Source of the DNA: a virus
Taxonomy: Duplodnaviria > Heunggongvirae > Uroviricota > Caudoviricetes
DNA length: 25,312 bases
Reading direction: 5' to 3' (one strand)
Virus record (IMG/VR): IMGVR_UViG_648276668_000012
The position numbers and the translations under genes are program-made. The number at the start of each line of letters is the position of its first letter. Within the stretch, counting starts at the first letter, position 1. Below are positions 23,903 to 25,312 of this stretch, piece by piece. A model generated the notes under the pieces. That model did not search any database and had not been told where the DNA came from. It saw only the letters and a program-made list of their open reading frames with translations.

Positions 23903-25312
23903 GCACAAAATTTTATACCCTGCTGACGGATATTGGCGCGGCGAAACTTGCCAGCGCCGCCGCGCTCGGTGTGCCTTTAAAAAATTACCCATATGGCGGT
24001 CGGCGATGGCGGCGGAACATTGCCAACGCCGGACGCAAAGCAGACAGCATTGGTAAATGAGAAACGCCGGGCTGCGCTGAATATGCTCTATATCGACCCG
24101 CAGAACAGCAGCCAGATTATTGCTGAACAGGTGATCCCTGAAAACGAGGGCGGTTGGTGGATACGTGAAGTGGGCCTGTTTGATGAGTCCGGGGCATTGA
24201 TTGCCGTGGGCAACTGCCCGGAAAGCTATAAGCCGCAACTGGCTGAAGGCAGCGGGCGCACCCAGACCGTGCGCATGGTGCTGATTACCAGCAGCACGGA
24301 CAATATCACCCTGAAAATCGACCCTGCCGTCGTGCTGGCAACCCGCAAGTATGTGGATGACAAGGTACTGGAGCTGAAGGTGTACGTGGATGATAAGATG
24401 GCAAAACATCTTGCCGCACCGGACCCGCATTCACAGTATGCACCCAAAGAAAGCCCGACATTGACCGGAACACCCAAAGCGCCAACGCCAGCGGAGGGGA
24501 ATAACACCACGCAGATTGCGACCACCGCGTTTGTTCAGGCGGCACTGACGGCCCTTATTAATGGTGCGCCAGCCACACTGGATACGCTGAAAGAAATTGC
24601 CGCTGCCATTAATAATGACCCGAAATTCAGTACCACCATTAACAATGCGCTGGCACTAAAAGCACCGCTGTCGAGTCCGGCACTCACCGGAACGCCAACA
24701 GCCCCCACGGCGGCGCAGTCGGTCAACAATACACAGATTGCCACTACGGCTTTTGTGAAATCGGCGATTGCGGCAATGGTGGGTTCTGCACCTGCGGCAC
24801 TGGATACACTGAATGAACTGGCTGCGGCGCTGGGGAATGACCCGAACTTTGCCACGACAATGCTTAATGCGCTGGCAGGCAAACAACCGCTGGACAATAC
24901 GTTGACTAATTTGAGTGGAAAAGATGTTGCTGGTCTTCTCGCATACCTTGGTTTGGGAGAAGGTGCTCCAGCTATTGGCGTTCCGTTCTTCTGGCCCTCC
25001 GCGGCAATGCCAAATACTGTAATCGACAGCTGGTCCGGTATGGTGTTTTTGAAGTTCAACGGGGCGAAATTTTCTGCCTCTGATTACCCTGTGCTGGCGA
25101 AAGTGTTTCCTGCGCTGGTATTACCTGAAGCCCGCGGTGATTTCATTCGTATCTGGGATGACGGGCGAGGTGTAGACGGTGGTCGCATGTTGTTAAGCGC
25201 ACAGGACTTTGCTCAGCAGCGTATAACAGGGGATTTCATGGGGGGAGCTATGGGTAGCTCTGGCTCAATAAAAGCGGGTGCACTTGTTAATTCTTACACC
25301 AATTACGGTGCT
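23899..25312 (+). pseudogene. H: Tail-fibre gene H, interrupted by a 1-nt frameshift in an A6 run; 3' end beyond the window
   Basis: The ATG at 23899 gives MSTKFYTLLTDIGAAKLASAAALGVPLK, then runs out of frame to a TGA at 24058-24060. The +1 frame continues (K)ITHMAVGDGGGTLPTPDAKQ...AEGSGRTQTVRMV to 25312 without a stop. Together the two parts match the conserved P2 gpH N-terminus (…ITTMAVGDGGGKLP…). The distal part has a tail-collar-like motif, LPEARGDFIR. The open-ended ORF is absent from the track because it has no stop in the window. Confidence 0.8.
24452..24895 (+). repeat. Two tandem 222-nt (74-aa) tail-fibre repeats within H
   Basis: Copy 1 reads SPTLTGTPKAPTP..NNTTQIATTAFVQAAL..GAPATLDTLKEIAAAINNDPKF. 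Copy 2, from 24674, reads SPALTGTPTAPTA..NNTQIATTAFVKSAI..SAPAALDTLNELAAALGNDPNF. Confidence 0.85.

Larger units (their letters stand above)
1..25312. mobile_element. P2/186-family temperate myovirus prophage, partial (int through the 5' part of tail-fibre gene H)
   Basis: Gene order matches P2/186: int-repressor-early-A-cos-Q-P-O-N-M-L-X-holin-lysin-lysABC-R-S-V-W-J-I-H. Several translations are recognisable as P2/186 homologues (CII, gpA HUH motif, gpP, gpN, gpX, gpV, gpH N-terminus). Confidence 0.95.

Noticed and set aside
23327-25059. Long minus-strand ORFs (367 aa at 23327-24430, 174 aa at 24535-25059, and smaller ones) opposite I and H
   Set aside because: The + strand translation aligns convincingly with P2 gpI and gpH. 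The antisense frames are open only because of GC-rich, repeat-rich codon usage, and the Ala/Gly-rich mirror of the fibre repeats shows this.
1-25312. CRISPR arrays, tRNA or rRNA genes, IS elements, and attachment-site repeats
   Set aside because: I saw no spaced direct-repeat array, no cloverleaf-like segment, and no transposase or terminal inverted repeats. The att sites would lie outside the window, to the left of int and beyond the tail genes.

Overview
This 25.3-kb window covers most of a P2/186-family temperate myovirus prophage from an enterobacterial host, starting at the integrase end. Gene order: int (-); an AT-rich 3-gene cargo operon (-); a CI-type repressor (-); then on the + strand an Apl/Cox-like gene, 186-type CII, small early ORFs, a TraR zinc finger, Dam methylase and the rolling-circle initiator gpA. 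Next come a LexA-boxed DinI/Tum-like module (+), an AT-rich cargo gene (-), a cos-like site, and another AT-rich cargo gene (+). Then portal Q and terminase P (-), followed on the + strand by head genes O N M L, tail gene X, holin, SAR-type endolysin, LysA/B/C, R and S. A further AT-rich cargo gene (-) sits before baseplate genes V W J I and the first 1.4 kb of tail-fibre gene H (+), which runs off the window. Core genes are GC-rich: one 60-nt line I counted in the terminase gene is 57% GC. The cargo is clearly AT-rich: lines at 2161 and 3001 are 17% and 32% GC. The best candidate for an undescribed system is the operon at 1135-3651, inserted into the lysogenic cI-int transcription unit. It encodes a 2-TM protein, an acetyltransferase-like/PUA-like protein read through an in-phase A AAA AAC -1 slippery heptamer, and a stand-alone ASCH protein. 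Other cargo of interest: a 4-TM protein between S and V, a SieB-like membrane protein between cos and Q, and a secreted protein at the old/tin position. Tail-fibre gene H is interrupted by a 1-nt frameshift in an A6 run. All functional calls come from reading the translations by eye. No database search was run.
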